Source of the DNA: Planctomycetota bacterium | GTDB lineage: Bacteria > Planctomycetota > SZUA-567 > H5-PLA8 | Direction of reading: 5' to 3' | NCBI GenBank assembly: GCA_038227875.1 | Contig: JBBRPR010000029.1 | Location: 1 to 64,000 of the forward strand | DNA length: 64,000 nt | Part shown: piece by piece, positions 36,937 to 47,507 of the stretch | How the letters are laid out: each line of letters starts with the position of its first letter | How positions within the stretch are numbered: position 1 is the first letter of the stretch | Position numbers and translations under genes: made by a program | Notes under the pieces: model-generated | Databases searched by the model: none | Told to the model about the DNA's origin: nothing | Seen by the model: the letters and a program-made list of their open reading frames with translations, nothing else

Positions 36937-39900
36937 ATGCTGACTGCAGAGCCGCTGAAAGGACAGTTGCGTCTCCAGATTGCGGTGCGCGAAGGCGCCC
37001 CGTGGCCCGGGTTGCGCATTGCCGCGGCGGCGGTGCTGAACGACGAAAACGTCCCTCTTAATAAGCTTCCCGCCCAAGTCCGCGCTGCCGCCGATCCGCT
37101 CGACACCTTGTTGATCCGCACGCTGCTCCAACAACCGCTGGTCGATAACCTTTACGTGGTCGGCGCGCGCGATTTCGCGGCGCTGCTGGCGCTGCTCCGT
37201 AATCATTCACCGGCGTGCGCGTTGACGGAAGATGGCCGCGTCGCGGAGCTCGAAATTCTATCCGACGCGCCCTCGTGGGATCTGCGCGTGACGAACGCCG
37301 TTTTTCCGCCGGCGCTTTCCGTGGCCGACGTCGCGCTCGATGTCCGCCACTCGTTCCGTTGTCCGGAGACCGGCGACGTGCTCGGCGCGCCGCTCTACCG
37401 CGGCGCAAGCTATTGGACGTTCGCCCGCGTCATCACGCCCGCGCCTGAACGTCCGGCCGATGCGAAGCTCCGCGAATTGTTTGACACCGATCCGCAAGTT
37501 CAGGCGCACATCACCGGACCGGACGCGTTTGAGCTGCTCTTCCGAGCGCGCCTGGCAGCAAAGGCTGGAGAGTGCGCGCTGCGTCTTGACGACCCGTTGG
37601 TGCTCACGCGGATCGTTTTTGATGCGCTGAAAGAGCGCACGCGAATTTATTTCGATCACGTCGACCGGCTGGTCGTCGCGCGAGAACGCGTATTGCTCGA
37701 CGGCAAAGTGCTCCCGAAAACAACCGCGGCAGATGGCAGCGCGTGGCTGGTTCACGATAATCGCGCCTACCGGTTGCCAGACCAGCGCAGCGTGGAAACG
37801 GCCGACCGGGTGCTCGATGGCGACGAGATTCCGGCGTTCGTCGATGCGGAGTTGGCGGAACTTAGAAAAACCGGCGCAGTGATCGATCCGCGCGTTGAAG
37901 CGGTGTATGTCTGCGACTCGGTCAAACCCAGCGTGGCGTTGAAGGCCGCGGAAAAAGACGACGTCGTGCAGGCTCAGTGGTTCTTCGAAGCCAGCGGCTC
38001 GCAGCGCGTCGCCGACGCCATTGCGCCGATTGAAATTCTCGCCGCCGCCGCGCAGGGCCAGAAGTACCTGCGCAAGGGCGATGCGTTCATCCGCGTCAAC
38101 CGTGAGTCGGTGATGGAATGCAAGAAGAAGCTGCGCGAGGCCGGCATCGTCAACGAAGAGACCGAACTGCGCGGCGAACAGATTCCGGAGATGCTCTCCT
38201 GGGCCAAGGCCGCGCGCGCCGGCGAGATCACGCCGTGGAACATGTATGTCGCCGACGCCGTTGAAGGTTCGCACCACGTCAAAGATCAGCCCGCCAACGT
38301 ACGTTTCAGCCTCGATGTGGAAGAAGAGCAGGACGGCGACACGTGGTTCACCTTGAAGCCGACGTTCGAGCACGCCAACGAAGGACTGACGGAAGAAGAA
38401 CTGCGAAAGCTCGTCCGCGAAGGCAAGAAGTGGTTCCGCAAAGGTAACCAGTGGGTCAAGGTCGACGCCGAAGCGCTGGAGAAGTTCGAACTCAACATCG
38501 AATCGGCCGGCGTGCAGCGCCGCCGCGGACGACGACGCCAGTTCTACTACCGCTTCCGCCCGGCCGCGCGCGACCGCGTCACGGAAATTTTCAGTCTCTC
38601 CGGCACGCTGCAGCACGCGCAGCGCTACGACGCATTTTTGGCGCAGTTGCGCAGCTTCGACAAGGTCCAGGAACTGTCGCTGCCCAAGGGTCTGACCATG
38701 ACCCTGCGCCCGTACCAGAAGCAGGGCTACGAATGGCTCGCGTTTCTCGCCAGCTACGGCCTGAACGGAATTCTCGCCGACGACATGGGCCTGGGCAAAA
38801 CCGCGCAGACCATCGCGCTGCTGACGCGCATGAAAGAACAGTCCGGCCACGGCCCGAACCTGATCGTCACGCCGACGTCGCTGGCCGATAACTGGAAGAA
38901 CGAAATCGCGAAATTCAGCCCCGGCTTGACCTCGATGATCTACCGTGGCTCGCCGCAGCGCCGCGACCGCTTGCGTAAGGAACTCGAGACCGTTGACATC
39001 GTCCTCGGTACGTATGCGACCGTGCGCAACGACGCCTCGCTGCTACGCGAAGTTCAGTGGCGCTACGTGATCCTCGACGAAGCGCACTTCATCAAAAATT
39101 CTGCGGCGGCGACGACCAAGGCGATCAAGACCATTCCCGCGCGCCACCGGTTGGCGCTGACCGGCACGCCGATTCAGAATCGCCTGACGGAACTCTGGTC
39201 GCTCTTCGATTTCCTGATGCCGGAATTCCTCGGCCGGCAAATGCGCTTCCGCGAAAATTACGAAGACCCCATCGCCCGCATGCAATCCGGCCGCGCGGAA
39301 ACCGCCGACGAACAGCAGAACGGCGAACACGCCATGGAGCGGCTTCGCGAACGCATCAAGCCGTTTGTGCTGCGCCGCCTGAAGACCGACGTCGCGCGCG
39401 ATCTGCCGCCCAAGATCGAGAACGATATTTTCTGCTCGCTCTGTCCGGAACAGGTCTCGCTCTACCGCGGCTTCTCCGATTCCGACGAAGCGAAGACCGC
39501 CGTGAAGGAGTTGATCGAAAAGGGCGCCGACCATGCGCAGACGGCGATTCTCGCCGCGCTGACGTCGCTGCGCAAGATCTGCAATCACGCCGACTTGATG
39601 TACATGCCCAAGACCGGCGAGCGCCTGCGCGTTGAAAAGCCGCTGCCGGGTTACGAAACACGCTCCGGAAAACTCGAAGCCCTCGGCGAACTGCTCGAGC
39701 AGTGCCGCGAAGGCGGCCACCGCGCGCTGATTTTCTGTCAACTCACCAGCATGCTCGACATCCTCGGGCATTTCCTCGACGGCATGGGCCTGCAGTACCT
39801 GCGCCTGGACGGCGAAACGCCGGGCACCTCGCGCCAGGCGCTGGTGGAACGCTTCAACAAGGAAACGAATTTCAATGCGTTCCTGATTTCCACGCGCGCG

Positions 39901-40233
39901 GGCGGCACGGGTTTGAATCTCACCGGCGCCGACACGGTTATCTTCTACGATCACGATTGGAATCCAGCCAACGATCAGCAGGCGCAGGACCGCGCGTACC
40001 GCATCGGCCAGCTGAAGACCGTGAACGTCTACCGTTTGATCTGCAAAGGCACGCTGGAAGAAAAAATTCTGCGCCGCCAGATGCTCAAGAAGATGCTCGC
40101 CAGCTCGATCGTCCAACACGACGTCGCCGGCATGAAAGCGCTGACGCGCGAAGAACTCGTCAGTCTCTTTACCTTCACCGAAGAGAAGGCCGCCGACAAG
40201 AACGCCGAAGCCAAAGCCGCCAGCACCGAGTAA
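36937..40233 (+). CDS. SNF2-family (DEAH) helicase-like ATPase
   Basis: LRPYQ, ILADDMGLGKT, ILDEAH, LTGTPIQN, GGTGLNLTGAD, WNPA..QAQDRAYRIGQ. Confidence 0.95.
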   Translation: MLTAEPLKGQLRLQIAVREGAPWPGLRIAAAAVLNDENVPLNKLPAQVRAAADPLDTLLIRTLLQQPLVDNLYVVGARDFAALLALLRNHSPACALTEDGRVAELEILSDAPSWDLRVTNAVFPPALSVADVALDVRHSFRCPETGDVLGAPLYRGASYWTFARVITPAPERPADAKLRELFDTDPQVQAHITGPDAFELLFRARLAAKAGECALRLDDPLVLTRIVFDALKERTRIYFDHVDRLVVARERVLLDGKVLPKTTAADGSAWLVHDNRAYRLPDQRSVETADRVLDGDEIPAFVDAELAELRKTGAVIDPRVEAVYVCDSVKPSVALKAAEKDDVVQAQWFFEASGSQRVADAIAPIEILAAAAQGQKYLRKGDAFIRVNRESVMECKKKLREAGIVNEETELRGEQIPEMLSWAKAARAGEITPWNMYVADAVEGSHHVKDQPANVRFSLDVEEEQDGDTWFTLKPTFEHANEGLTEEELRKLVREGKKWFRKGNQWVKVDAEALEKFELNIESAGVQRRRGRRRQFYYRFRPAARDRVTEIFSLSGTLQHAQRYDAFLAQLRSFDKVQELSLPKGLTMTLRPYQKQGYEWLAFLASYGLNGILADDMGLGKTAQTIALLTRMKEQSGHGPNLIVTPTSLADNWKNEIAKFSPGLTSMIYRGSPQRRDRLRKELETVDIVLGTYATVRNDASLLREVQWRYVILDEAHFIKNSAAATTKAIKTIPARHRLALTGTPIQNRLTELWSLFDFLMPEFLGRQMRFRENYEDPIARMQSGRAETADEQQNGEHAMERLRERIKPFVLRRLKTDVARDLPPKIENDIFCSLCPEQVSLYRGFSDSDEAKTAVKELIEKGADHAQTAILAALTSLRKICNHADLMYMPKTGERLRVEKPLPGYETRSGKLEALGELLEQCREGGHRALIFCQLTSMLDILGHFLDGMGLQYLRLDGETPGTSRQALVERFNKETNFNAFLISTRAGGTGLNLTGADTVIFYDHDWNPANDQQAQDRAYRIGQLKTVNVYRLICKGTLEEKILRRQMLKKMLASSIVQHDVAGMKALTREELVSLFTFTEEKAADKNAEAKAASTE

Positions 40234-42630
40234 CTACACCGCGGCGGTGGCTTCTCGCGGCTTGGCCGGCGCAGCGAATGGCGGCAGCACGCCGGCGTTC
40301 AACGTGCCCAGCAGCTGCGTATTTTCGAAGTCCAGCGCCATCCGTGACGTCGATTTCTCGACGATGAATTTCATCTGCGAAACGGAAAGTCCGGTCAGCA
40401 GGAAAATGTCCGGTCCCTGCGTCGTGTCGGGATCGTCGTCCTGGAGTGAGCGGGCCAGCGTCTCGATGACATCGGCATCCGCGTCAGGCGCCAGGACAAA
40501 AAGCGCCGCGCTGTTGGCGCGCTTGTCGGCGCGCAACTTGGCGAAGGCGCTTTTCATTTCCTCTTCCAGCTTCTCGTAGGCAATCGCGTAGTCCGGCGTG
40601 CAGACGATGTTGTTCTGCTTGAATTTCGCCGGCCGCAGTGACATTTCCAGCAGGACCGACTTGATCGTCGCGGCCGTGCGCGGCCAGCTGAATTTCGCCG
40701 CCTGCACCAGGCCCGCGGTAATCATGCGCGTCCGGACTTCCGGCTTCTGAACTTTATCAATCGCTTTGATCACTTCGTCCGGATCGTCGCCGCCGATGTA
40801 GATCGGCGCTTCGCCGCCGACTTCGCGCAGCGAACTGTACGGACAGCAGATCACCGGACAACCGGCAGCCATGGCTTCAGCCACGGGGAGACCGAAGCCT
40901 TCGTATTTCGACGGATACACGCAGGCGACGGCGCCGGAGTACGCGGCGACCATGTCGTCATCGTCGAGGCGGCGGCGGTGGACCTGCATACCTTCGACGC
41001 ACGGCACAAACTCCGCCTCCAGCGGATTGGCGGAGCCGCAGATGACCAATTCGTAGTCTGTGCGGTTGGGCATTTTGCGCAGCGCTTCAAAGAAGACCGC
41101 GCCATTCTTGTAGCCGTGGCGATGGCCAACCCAGATCAGGTAGGGCTTTTTGATGCCGAACTTCGTCTTGAAGCGTTCGATCTCCTGTTCCGGGCGCGGC
41201 GCGAAGTGCGGCGAGACGCCGTTGTGCGCGACGGTGATCGTCTTGGGATCGAGATCGGGGAAGAATTTCTTCACGTCCTTGGCCGTGTTATTCGAAACGC
41301 AGAGGAACGCCGACGCGTACTTCACGCCTTCGTGCTTTTCCTTCCACATCGGATCGGTCAAGTCTGCGCCGACCACTTCCGGGATCATGTCATGCATCAT
41401 GAACACCGTCGGCGTGGTGAGCGGCGTGGTGTAATAGGTGGAAATGAAGGCCGCCGCATTCTCCTCGTCGCAAATGCGCTGCAGCATCGTGCGGTCGATC
41501 GGCAATCGCTTGTAGTCATGCCGCGGTATGGTTCGCGAGCGGATGCCGGGAATCGTCGGCCCGGTGCCGCCGCGGTTGAGGAACAGAATCGAGCTGCCGA
41601 ATTCTTCCTTCGCCCAATGTTCCATCAGCGTGCGCCAGACGCGCGCGATGCCGGTGTTGTAGTACTGAAAAAATACGCCGTCGACAATGATCGTGCCGGC
41701 CACCGGCGGCTGGAATTTGTGCGGCGCCTGCGGCTTGGGCGGCGCGAAGGACCACTCGCGGCGCATCAGCGGCACGACGCCGAGATTCTGGGCGGTATCG
41801 ACCATCGTGTCGTCGCGCACCCATGGAAAGAAATCGCAGAGCATGACCGGGAAGACCGGCTGCGCCAGCAGCACCTTCCAGCGCCCCACCGCGCCGTGAT
41901 AGGCGTAATATTGTTCCTTGAAGCGCAGCTGATTTTCCGTCACGTACGCGTAGTGCTGAAAAACCAGTCCGCGCGATTCGGTCTCGTAATGATTGAACGC
42001 GTTGGCGGCGACGTCGTGCCACACGCCTTCGCCATTCTGAGCCATCAGTCGCGGCGGCTCGTGAGCCAGCCAGAGATTGCCGGGACGGTAGCGCCAGGTG
42101 CGCAGCCATTCGAAATTCGGATTCTGCGAGTAACAATTGCGCGTCGAGATGACCAGATTTTCGCCAACGAAATAATCACACCAGTAAAACGCCGCGTTCT
42201 TGCTCGGATCGTCGAGGAACATCTGCCGCGCCGCGCTGAACTGCTCGGCGGTCCAGAGTTCATCGGAATCGATCTGCCAGAGCAGGCATTCGCAGGGAAT
42301 ATTGCCCAGAGGCGCGTTGACCATCTCGCGCTTGCCTTCCCAGAACTGCCCAGGAGGTTTGCGGTAGATGGAAACATTTCTTGGAAATTCGCGCGCGAGC
42401 TGATCGAGGTACTCCGCGGTGCCATCGTTGCTCAAACCATTGTTGTGCGAGTCCGCCGGAACGCGCCCGCCACCGCCGACGCTCCACGCCGTATCGTGCT
42501 TCAACTCGGCCACGCCTTCAACGACGTGCCAGTGCCACGGAAAGTCGAGCTTCTTGAGCACGTCGATGTGATAACGGATGAAAGGCTGACCATTAAGTAC
42601 GATTGTGAAGAAATGAATGGGAAGATCCAT
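40234..42630 (-). CDS. Two-domain glycosyltransferase (GT-A-like N-terminus + GT4)
   Basis: QIDSDELW DxD motif; TGIARVW; PSKYEGFGLPVAEAMAAGCPV. Confidence 0.85.
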   Translation of the reverse strand: MDLPIHFFTIVLNGQPFIRYHIDVLKKLDFPWHWHVVEGVAELKHDTAWSVGGGGRVPADSHNNGLSNDGTAEYLDQLAREFPRNVSIYRKPPGQFWEGKREMVNAPLGNIPCECLLWQIDSDELWTAEQFSAARQMFLDDPSKNAAFYWCDYFVGENLVISTRNCYSQNPNFEWLRTWRYRPGNLWLAHEPPRLMAQNGEGVWHDVAANAFNHYETESRGLVFQHYAYVTENQLRFKEQYYAYHGAVGRWKVLLAQPVFPVMLCDFFPWVRDDTMVDTAQNLGVVPLMRREWSFAPPKPQAPHKFQPPVAGTIIVDGVFFQYYNTGIARVWRTLMEHWAKEEFGSSILFLNRGGTGPTIPGIRSRTIPRHDYKRLPIDRTMLQRICDEENAAAFISTYYTTPLTTPTVFMMHDMIPEVVGADLTDPMWKEKHEGVKYASAFLCVSNNTAKDVKKFFPDLDPKTITVAHNGVSPHFAPRPEQEIERFKTKFGIKKPYLIWVGHRHGYKNGAVFFEALRKMPNRTDYELVICGSANPLEAEFVPCVEGMQVHRRRLDDDDMVAAYSGAVACVYPSKYEGFGLPVAEAMAAGCPVICCPYSSLREVGGEAPIYIGGDDPDEVIKAIDKVQKPEVRTRMITAGLVQAAKFSWPRTAATIKSVLLEMSLRPAKFKQNNIVCTPDYAIAYEKLEEEMKSAFAKLRADKRANSAALFVLAPDADADVIETLARSLQDDDPDTTQGPDIFLLTGLSVSQMKFIVEKSTSRMALDFENTQLLGTLNAGVLPPFAAPAKPREATAAV

Positions 42631-42789
42631 GGGTCGGCCTCGATTTGAAGCTGAATTGCGGAAAGTACCGACCGATGGAATGCAAAGAGTGTGCCTGAAA
42701 ATAGGGTAGGTGAGGTTGTTGGCGGTGCAAATTTTGCCGCCGAGGAAACTCTTGGCTCTTATCTCACGAGCTTAGAGCCAACAGATGCC

Positions 42790-43878
42790 CTACAAACAAC
42801 TGATCACCGTATTGATCCGCTTCGGCATATCCTTCGGCATCTTCTTCATCGCTTCCATCAGATCGCAGGGAAGATTCAGGCGGTCGGTGACTTCCGGGCT
42901 GAAAATGTCGATCTCGTTGTCGTTGCCGCTGAAGCCGCCGAGCTTGGCGAACTGGTTGGCCAGGCAGGTGACGATGGTCAGATCGCGGATGTGCTTGGAG
43001 TACGACTTCAGCCGGTCGGCGCAATTGCCGTGGTGGTGAAGTTCGATGGCGCAGACCAGTGAGTCGGGAAGTCCCCAGTTCTTGGCCAGCACGGCGCCGA
43101 AGACCGTGTGACACGCGCCGAACAGCCGTTCTTCCTTGGCCAGCAGCGATTCGCCGAGCAGCGATGTCTGCGGGTTGATCAGGTCGGCGACTTTATCGGG
43201 ATAGCACATACACATCACGATTTTGCCAATGTCGTGCAACAGGCCGGCAGTGACGGCCTCCGAAGATTCCATGCGCGGCAGCCGCTGCGCCAGTTCGCGC
43301 GCGTACATGCTTGCGGCGATGGAATGAGCCCACAACGCATCGGGATCCTGCTTGCTGGCTTTAACGCGATCCATCTGAATCATGCCCGAGACCGCGCCGC
43401 GCATGGCGATCGACTGCAGCAGATCGAAGCCAATCAGCATCACGCCGGTCTTGACGCTGACGACGGTCTGGTCGGTGGCGTACAGCGCAGAATTTGCCAC
43501 GCGCAACACGGAGGTGCTCAGTGACGGATCCAATTGCACCAGTTCGCTGACGCGAGCTTCTGAAACGTTGGGCGAATGCAGGCAAGCCACGAGTTCGCTG
43601 ATCACGGCGGGAAAGGCGGGGATTTCGCACGCGGCGTCAAGCACTGCGCGCATCACCTCCTGATCCATATCCTTAAGCAGGCGCGGCTGATAGCGCGACG
43701 AAGAAGAGGCCGGCATCGAGCCGACTTCTTCGGAAGCGATGGAAACCACGGACAGGGGGTTTGATTTTAGGACAGTGTGGATGGAATCAGACGTATCCTT
43801 ATGGCCCCCAAAGAAATGGAAGAAGGCGCGCAGCATACCTCTGAGTTTCGAGATCCGTGTCGTGCGGAGCGTTTCCAT
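42790..43878 (-). CDS. HDOD domain protein
   Basis: IPAFP, DPSLSTSVLRVANSALY, LWAHS, AGLLHDIGK, WGLP..AIELHH. Confidence 0.9.
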   Translation of the reverse strand: METLRTTRISKLRGMLRAFFHFFGGHKDTSDSIHTVLKSNPLSVVSIASEEVGSMPASSSSRYQPRLLKDMDQEVMRAVLDAACEIPAFPAVISELVACLHSPNVSEARVSELVQLDPSLSTSVLRVANSALYATDQTVVSVKTGVMLIGFDLLQSIAMRGAVSGMIQMDRVKASKQDPDALWAHSIAASMYARELAQRLPRMESSEAVTAGLLHDIGKIVMCMCYPDKVADLINPQTSLLGESLLAKEERLFGACHTVFGAVLAKNWGLPDSLVCAIELHHHGNCADRLKSYSKHIRDLTIVTCLANQFAKLGGFSGNDNEIDIFSPEVTDRLNLPCDLMEAMKKMPKDMPKRINTVISCL

Positions 43879-43912
43879 GGTCTTTGATTCCCCCCGAATT
43901 TGCTGAGTAACA

Positions 43913-43929
43913 GGCAAGGCGTTTGCCAA
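43913..43929 (-). promoter_or_regulatory. Sigma54 promoter for the HDOD gene
   Basis: TTGGCAAACGCCTTGCC = TGGCA..TTGC with GG-N10-GC, about 35 nt upstream of ATG. Confidence 0.65.
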
Positions 43930-44010
43930 TTGAATTAACAACAGGGGCGTGTTTTGCCTTTTTCACCGGCAAAAGATGCAGCGCGATAAATGAGCTGTTG
44001 ATTTTACTAC

Positions 44011-44037
44011 TTAACTCTTCCCAGCAGCTTCCGATGT
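44011..44037 (+). promoter_or_regulatory. Sigma28 (FliA)-like promoter for fliD
   Basis: TTAA-N15-TCCGATGT versus consensus TAAA-N15-GCCGATAA; 40 nt before fliD. Confidence 0.55.
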
Positions 44038-44077
44038 GCAGGGTAGAGCGACAGTCGACAGTCGGGGAACTTAAGTC

Positions 44078-45556
44078 ATGGCAATTACAGCGAACACCAC
44101 CGGGAATGCGAACGGATCTCCGATCACGTTCTCCAATCTCGCCTCCGGCCTCGATACCGCATCCATCGTTCAGAAACTCGTTCAGATCAAATCCGTTACG
44201 TTGAACAGCCTGAATACGAAGAAGACCGCGCTCACCGATAAGCAAACCGCCTACAATACTCTTGCCGCCAAAATGGGAACGCTGCAGTCGGCAGCGGGAT
44301 TTCTGGGCAAGAACACAACCTTCAAGAACTCCGTTGCTGCCAGTGTCGATCAAAGCAACGTGCTCTCGGCTACGGCTGCCTCCGGTTCATTGCTCGCCTC
44401 GTATAACGTCACGGTGTTGAACCGCAGCAGCGCCACGCGGCTGACCTCCGGCGCAGTGCTCAGCACCGGTTCAGGAATCGACACCACTGCGGCGCTGAAT
44501 GGTGCGTCGGGACTGGCCGGTACGCTCAGCAGCGCGACTGGCACGTTCACCATCAACGGCACCGCGATCAACTACGACGCCTCGAAGGACACGCTTACGG
44601 ATATCGTGGCCCGCATCAATGGTTCTGGCGCGGGCGTCAATGCCATGTACGACAAGCTCGCCGACAAAATGATCCTGACCAATCGCACCAACGGCGCGAC
44701 GCCCATCACCGTCGCTGACACCACTGGAACCCTGGGTGCGGCGTTGAACATGACCGTCTCCGGCGGCGCCAATGACGGCGTCAGTGTGGCCGGCGCAAAT
44801 GCCAGGATCACCATCGACGGCATCAACAACGGCAATCCGATCCAGAGCAACGATGACTTGTTCACCGAAGCGGAGACTGGAATTCAGGGATTGTCCCTTA
44901 CATTGAAGCAGGACACGGGCAGCACACACGTGACAGTTGGCGCGGATCCGGCCCCCATTGTCACCGCGGTGAACAGTTTTGTCACGGCGTACAACGATCT
45001 GCAGGACTTCATCGCCACGGAATCGGAATACGCCATCGGCAAGCCACAGCCCACTGACGGCTCCAAGAACACGGACGGTCATTTTGCCGGAGATCAGTCG
45101 GTGCAGGACCTGGGCTCGACCCTGCGCTCCATGGTCGCCAAGCAGTTCAATGGGTTGTCGGGACCCTTTTCCTATCTTTCCGGCGTCGGCATCAGCACCT
45201 CAGGAGTGGATCCCGATCTGACGGTCGATTCCACCAAGCTGACCAATGCACTCTCGACCAACCTCGCAGGCGTACAGAAGCTGTTCGCCGATCCCGCGGC
45301 GGGAACGTTCACCCGTTTGCAGACCTACGTTCAAAAGCAGGCCACGTTTCCGCAGGGCCTGATTCAGAGCAAGACCAACTCGCTCACTGATCAGATCAAT
45401 CTTCTGGGCACATCGATCGACCGCGAAAAACAGAATGTGGATTCCTACAGCCAGACGATCACGCGGCAGTTCGCGACGATGGAGACGACCATCAGCGCGT
45501 ACGGCTCCGGTTTGAACCAATTGCTCTCCACGCTTCCCAACGGGAAGTCGAACTAG
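44078..45556 (+). CDS. fliD: Flagellar filament capping protein FliD
   Basis: FSNLASGLDTASIVQKL N-terminus; FVTAYN; QFATME C-terminal coiled coil; followed by fliS. Confidence 0.93.
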   Translation: MAITANTTGNANGSPITFSNLASGLDTASIVQKLVQIKSVTLNSLNTKKTALTDKQTAYNTLAAKMGTLQSAAGFLGKNTTFKNSVAASVDQSNVLSATAASGSLLASYNVTVLNRSSATRLTSGAVLSTGSGIDTTAALNGASGLAGTLSSATGTFTINGTAINYDASKDTLTDIVARINGSGAGVNAMYDKLADKMILTNRTNGATPITVADTTGTLGAALNMTVSGGANDGVSVAGANARITIDGINNGNPIQSNDDLFTEAETGIQGLSLTLKQDTGSTHVTVGADPAPIVTAVNSFVTAYNDLQDFIATESEYAIGKPQPTDGSKNTDGHFAGDQSVQDLGSTLRSMVAKQFNGLSGPFSYLSGVGISTSGVDPDLTVDSTKLTNALSTNLAGVQKLFADPAAGTFTRLQTYVQKQATFPQGLIQSKTNSLTDQINLLGTSIDREKQNVDSYSQTITRQFATMETTISAYGSGLNQLLSTLPNGKSN

Positions 45557-45573
45557 GATAAGAAAGGGGTTCG

Positions 45574-46011
45574 ATGATGAACCAGAACACGAACGAGTAC
45601 ATGGAACAGGAAGTCGCCAACGCCGATCCGGCCAAGCTCGTCGACCTGCTCTTTCAACGCGCGGTCCGCGATCTGGAACGGGCCTACGAGATGTGGCCGT
45701 CGCTGGCGCGCTCCGCGGAAGCCGTGCGCCTGGCGCTGCATGCGCAGGCGATCATCGGCGAACTGCAGTCCTGCCTGAATTTCAACGACGGCGGCGAACT
45801 GGCGGCGAACCTGGGACGCCTCTACGAATACATGCAGTTCCGCCTGACCCAGGCGCTGACCAATCACCGCCCCGAAGATGCGGAAGCCATCTCCGAAGTC
45901 TGCTCCCTGCTGGCCGGGTTGAGCAGCGCGTGGACGGAAATGTCCACCCGCGCGCGCGAAGAAGGCGCCAATGGGATGGGTCTGATGACGGGCGCTTCGC
46001 TGGTGGCGTAG
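45574..46011 (+). CDS. fliS: Flagellin chaperone FliS
   Basis: ADPAKLVDLLF, IIGELQSCLN..GGELAANLGRLYEYM. Confidence 0.93.
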   Translation: MMNQNTNEYMEQEVANADPAKLVDLLFQRAVRDLERAYEMWPSLARSAEAVRLALHAQAIIGELQSCLNFNDGGELAANLGRLYEYMQFRLTQALTNHRPEDAEAISEVCSLLAGLSSAWTEMSTRAREEGANGMGLMTGASLVA

Positions 46012-46049
46012 TTGGAAACGTTGTACCGATCGTAGCGGAGGTTGACATT

Positions 46050-46364
46050 ATGGATTCGATGGACGAAATCCGGCTCACCGCCGAACAGCTCAAGCACCTG
46101 GCCAACGAAGCCCTGTGCGCGATCCGCGAACACAACGAGCTGGCGATCGACGAGATTCTCAAACTGCGCGAACCCCTGTTGGAAAGCGTCCGTGGCTTCG
46201 TTAACGATTTGCCGGAACTCGTTGCAGCCTGCCCGGCCATTCACGAAGCCGCGTACTTGGAAGCCAGTGTCGCCGAAGCCGCGAAGCAGCGCCGCGACTC
46301 GCTTTATGCCGAATGGATGGACGTCCGCCAGCGTACAGCTCTGAAAAAGGCATATGACAATTAA
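46050..46364 (+). CDS. FliT-like flagellar chaperone
   Basis: GGAGG SD; helical, REPLL, C-terminal KKAY; located after fliD-fliS. Confidence 0.6.
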   Translation: MDSMDEIRLTAEQLKHLANEALCAIREHNELAIDEILKLREPLLESVRGFVNDLPELVAACPAIHEAAYLEASVAEAAKQRRDSLYAEWMDVRQRTALKKAYDN

Positions 46365-46421
46365 TAGTACGCGCGATGTGGTCCGCATTTTGCCCAATGT
46401 GTGAGTACGAGGGCAAGACCG

Positions 46422-47441
46422 ATGGCAATAAGCAAACTCTGCAGTGCAACCCCAGTCTCCACCCGGTTCCTCACGAGCGCGGTGTTGCTCGGCATGCTTC
46501 TGCCCGTGCTGAGCGGCTGTGTTGTTGATGAGCGCCTCGACCGTTCTGCTGCACAGGTTCCTCACCGCTTAAGCTGGTCGGAGAAATTCAAACGCATTCA
46601 AGACAGCAGCACGGCAATGATGAGTCCCAACATTCCCGTCAGCGATTCCAAGGACATCCTGGGCCTGATCGAAGAGATCGACCGGCGCACTACACGCGTC
46701 AAAACCGTGGGTGCGCGGCTGAAGGTCAAGATCACCAACGACCTCGGCAAATCCATGAACCTTGACGCCAGCTACATCGGCGATTCTTCGGGCAACTTTC
46801 GCCTTCGTCTCACGGGAATCTTCGGCATTCTCGGCCTCGACATGGCGATGGCCGACGAACGCCTCGTCTGTTACCTGCCGACCCGCAAGACCGCGTTCGT
46901 GGTACCGGAACGAGAAATGAGCAACTGCGCTTCGGTCGAGTTGGGACTGATCTCCGAACTCGGCCGCGCGCGCGAATTGTTCTCGCCCCGTGCCTGGGCC
47001 GCCCGCGCCGACGCCCGCAAGATCACCGAAGACGAGCACGGTCTGCAGGTGAATGTCATGAGCGTTAACAGCGCGTCCTCGAAATGCCTGCGGCGCATCC
47101 AGCTCAATCCCCTCGATCGCAACATTGCCTCCGAAGACGTCTTCCGTCCCAGTGGTGATTTGTTGGGCCGCGCGGAGTACGTGAAATTTGTCTCGTATCA
47201 AAATCTGATCGAAGATCGGAAGAACAACCACGCCTCGGACGAACTGCTGGAAACGCCGGTGGCGCAGTCGGTGCGACTGACCAGCGGCAACGGCAAGCTC
47301 ACGCTGGAATTCGAAGTCGAATCGCTGCGCCTCAATGATCCGATCAATCCGGCCGCGCTGGAGATCGACATCCCCTCCAAGATTCATGTCGAGACGCTGG
47401 CGGAGGCGCTGGCCTCTGGGCGCGGGTTGTTCGAGCCGTAA
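46422..47441 (+). CDS. Lipoprotein, LolA/LolB-like or DUF4292-like beta fold
   Basis: LSGC lipobox; FRLRLTGIFG; beta-strand pattern. Confidence 0.6.
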   Translation: MAISKLCSATPVSTRFLTSAVLLGMLLPVLSGCVVDERLDRSAAQVPHRLSWSEKFKRIQDSSTAMMSPNIPVSDSKDILGLIEEIDRRTTRVKTVGARLKVKITNDLGKSMNLDASYIGDSSGNFRLRLTGIFGILGLDMAMADERLVCYLPTRKTAFVVPEREMSNCASVELGLISELGRARELFSPRAWAARADARKITEDEHGLQVNVMSVNSASSKCLRRIQLNPLDRNIASEDVFRPSGDLLGRAEYVKFVSYQNLIEDRKNNHASDELLETPVAQSVRLTSGNGKLTLEFEVESLRLNDPINPAALEIDIPSKIHVETLAEALASGRGLFEP

Positions 47442-47507
47442 ACTGCGGCATCTTGCTAATCGCCCGCCAATTCGCTACCTTATAAAGGGGCGGATGAAGG
47501 CGGGTGC

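Noticed and set aside
36937..40233. SNF2 as part of an anti-phage defence system
   Set aside because: No nuclease, DNA methylase or other defence partners adjacent
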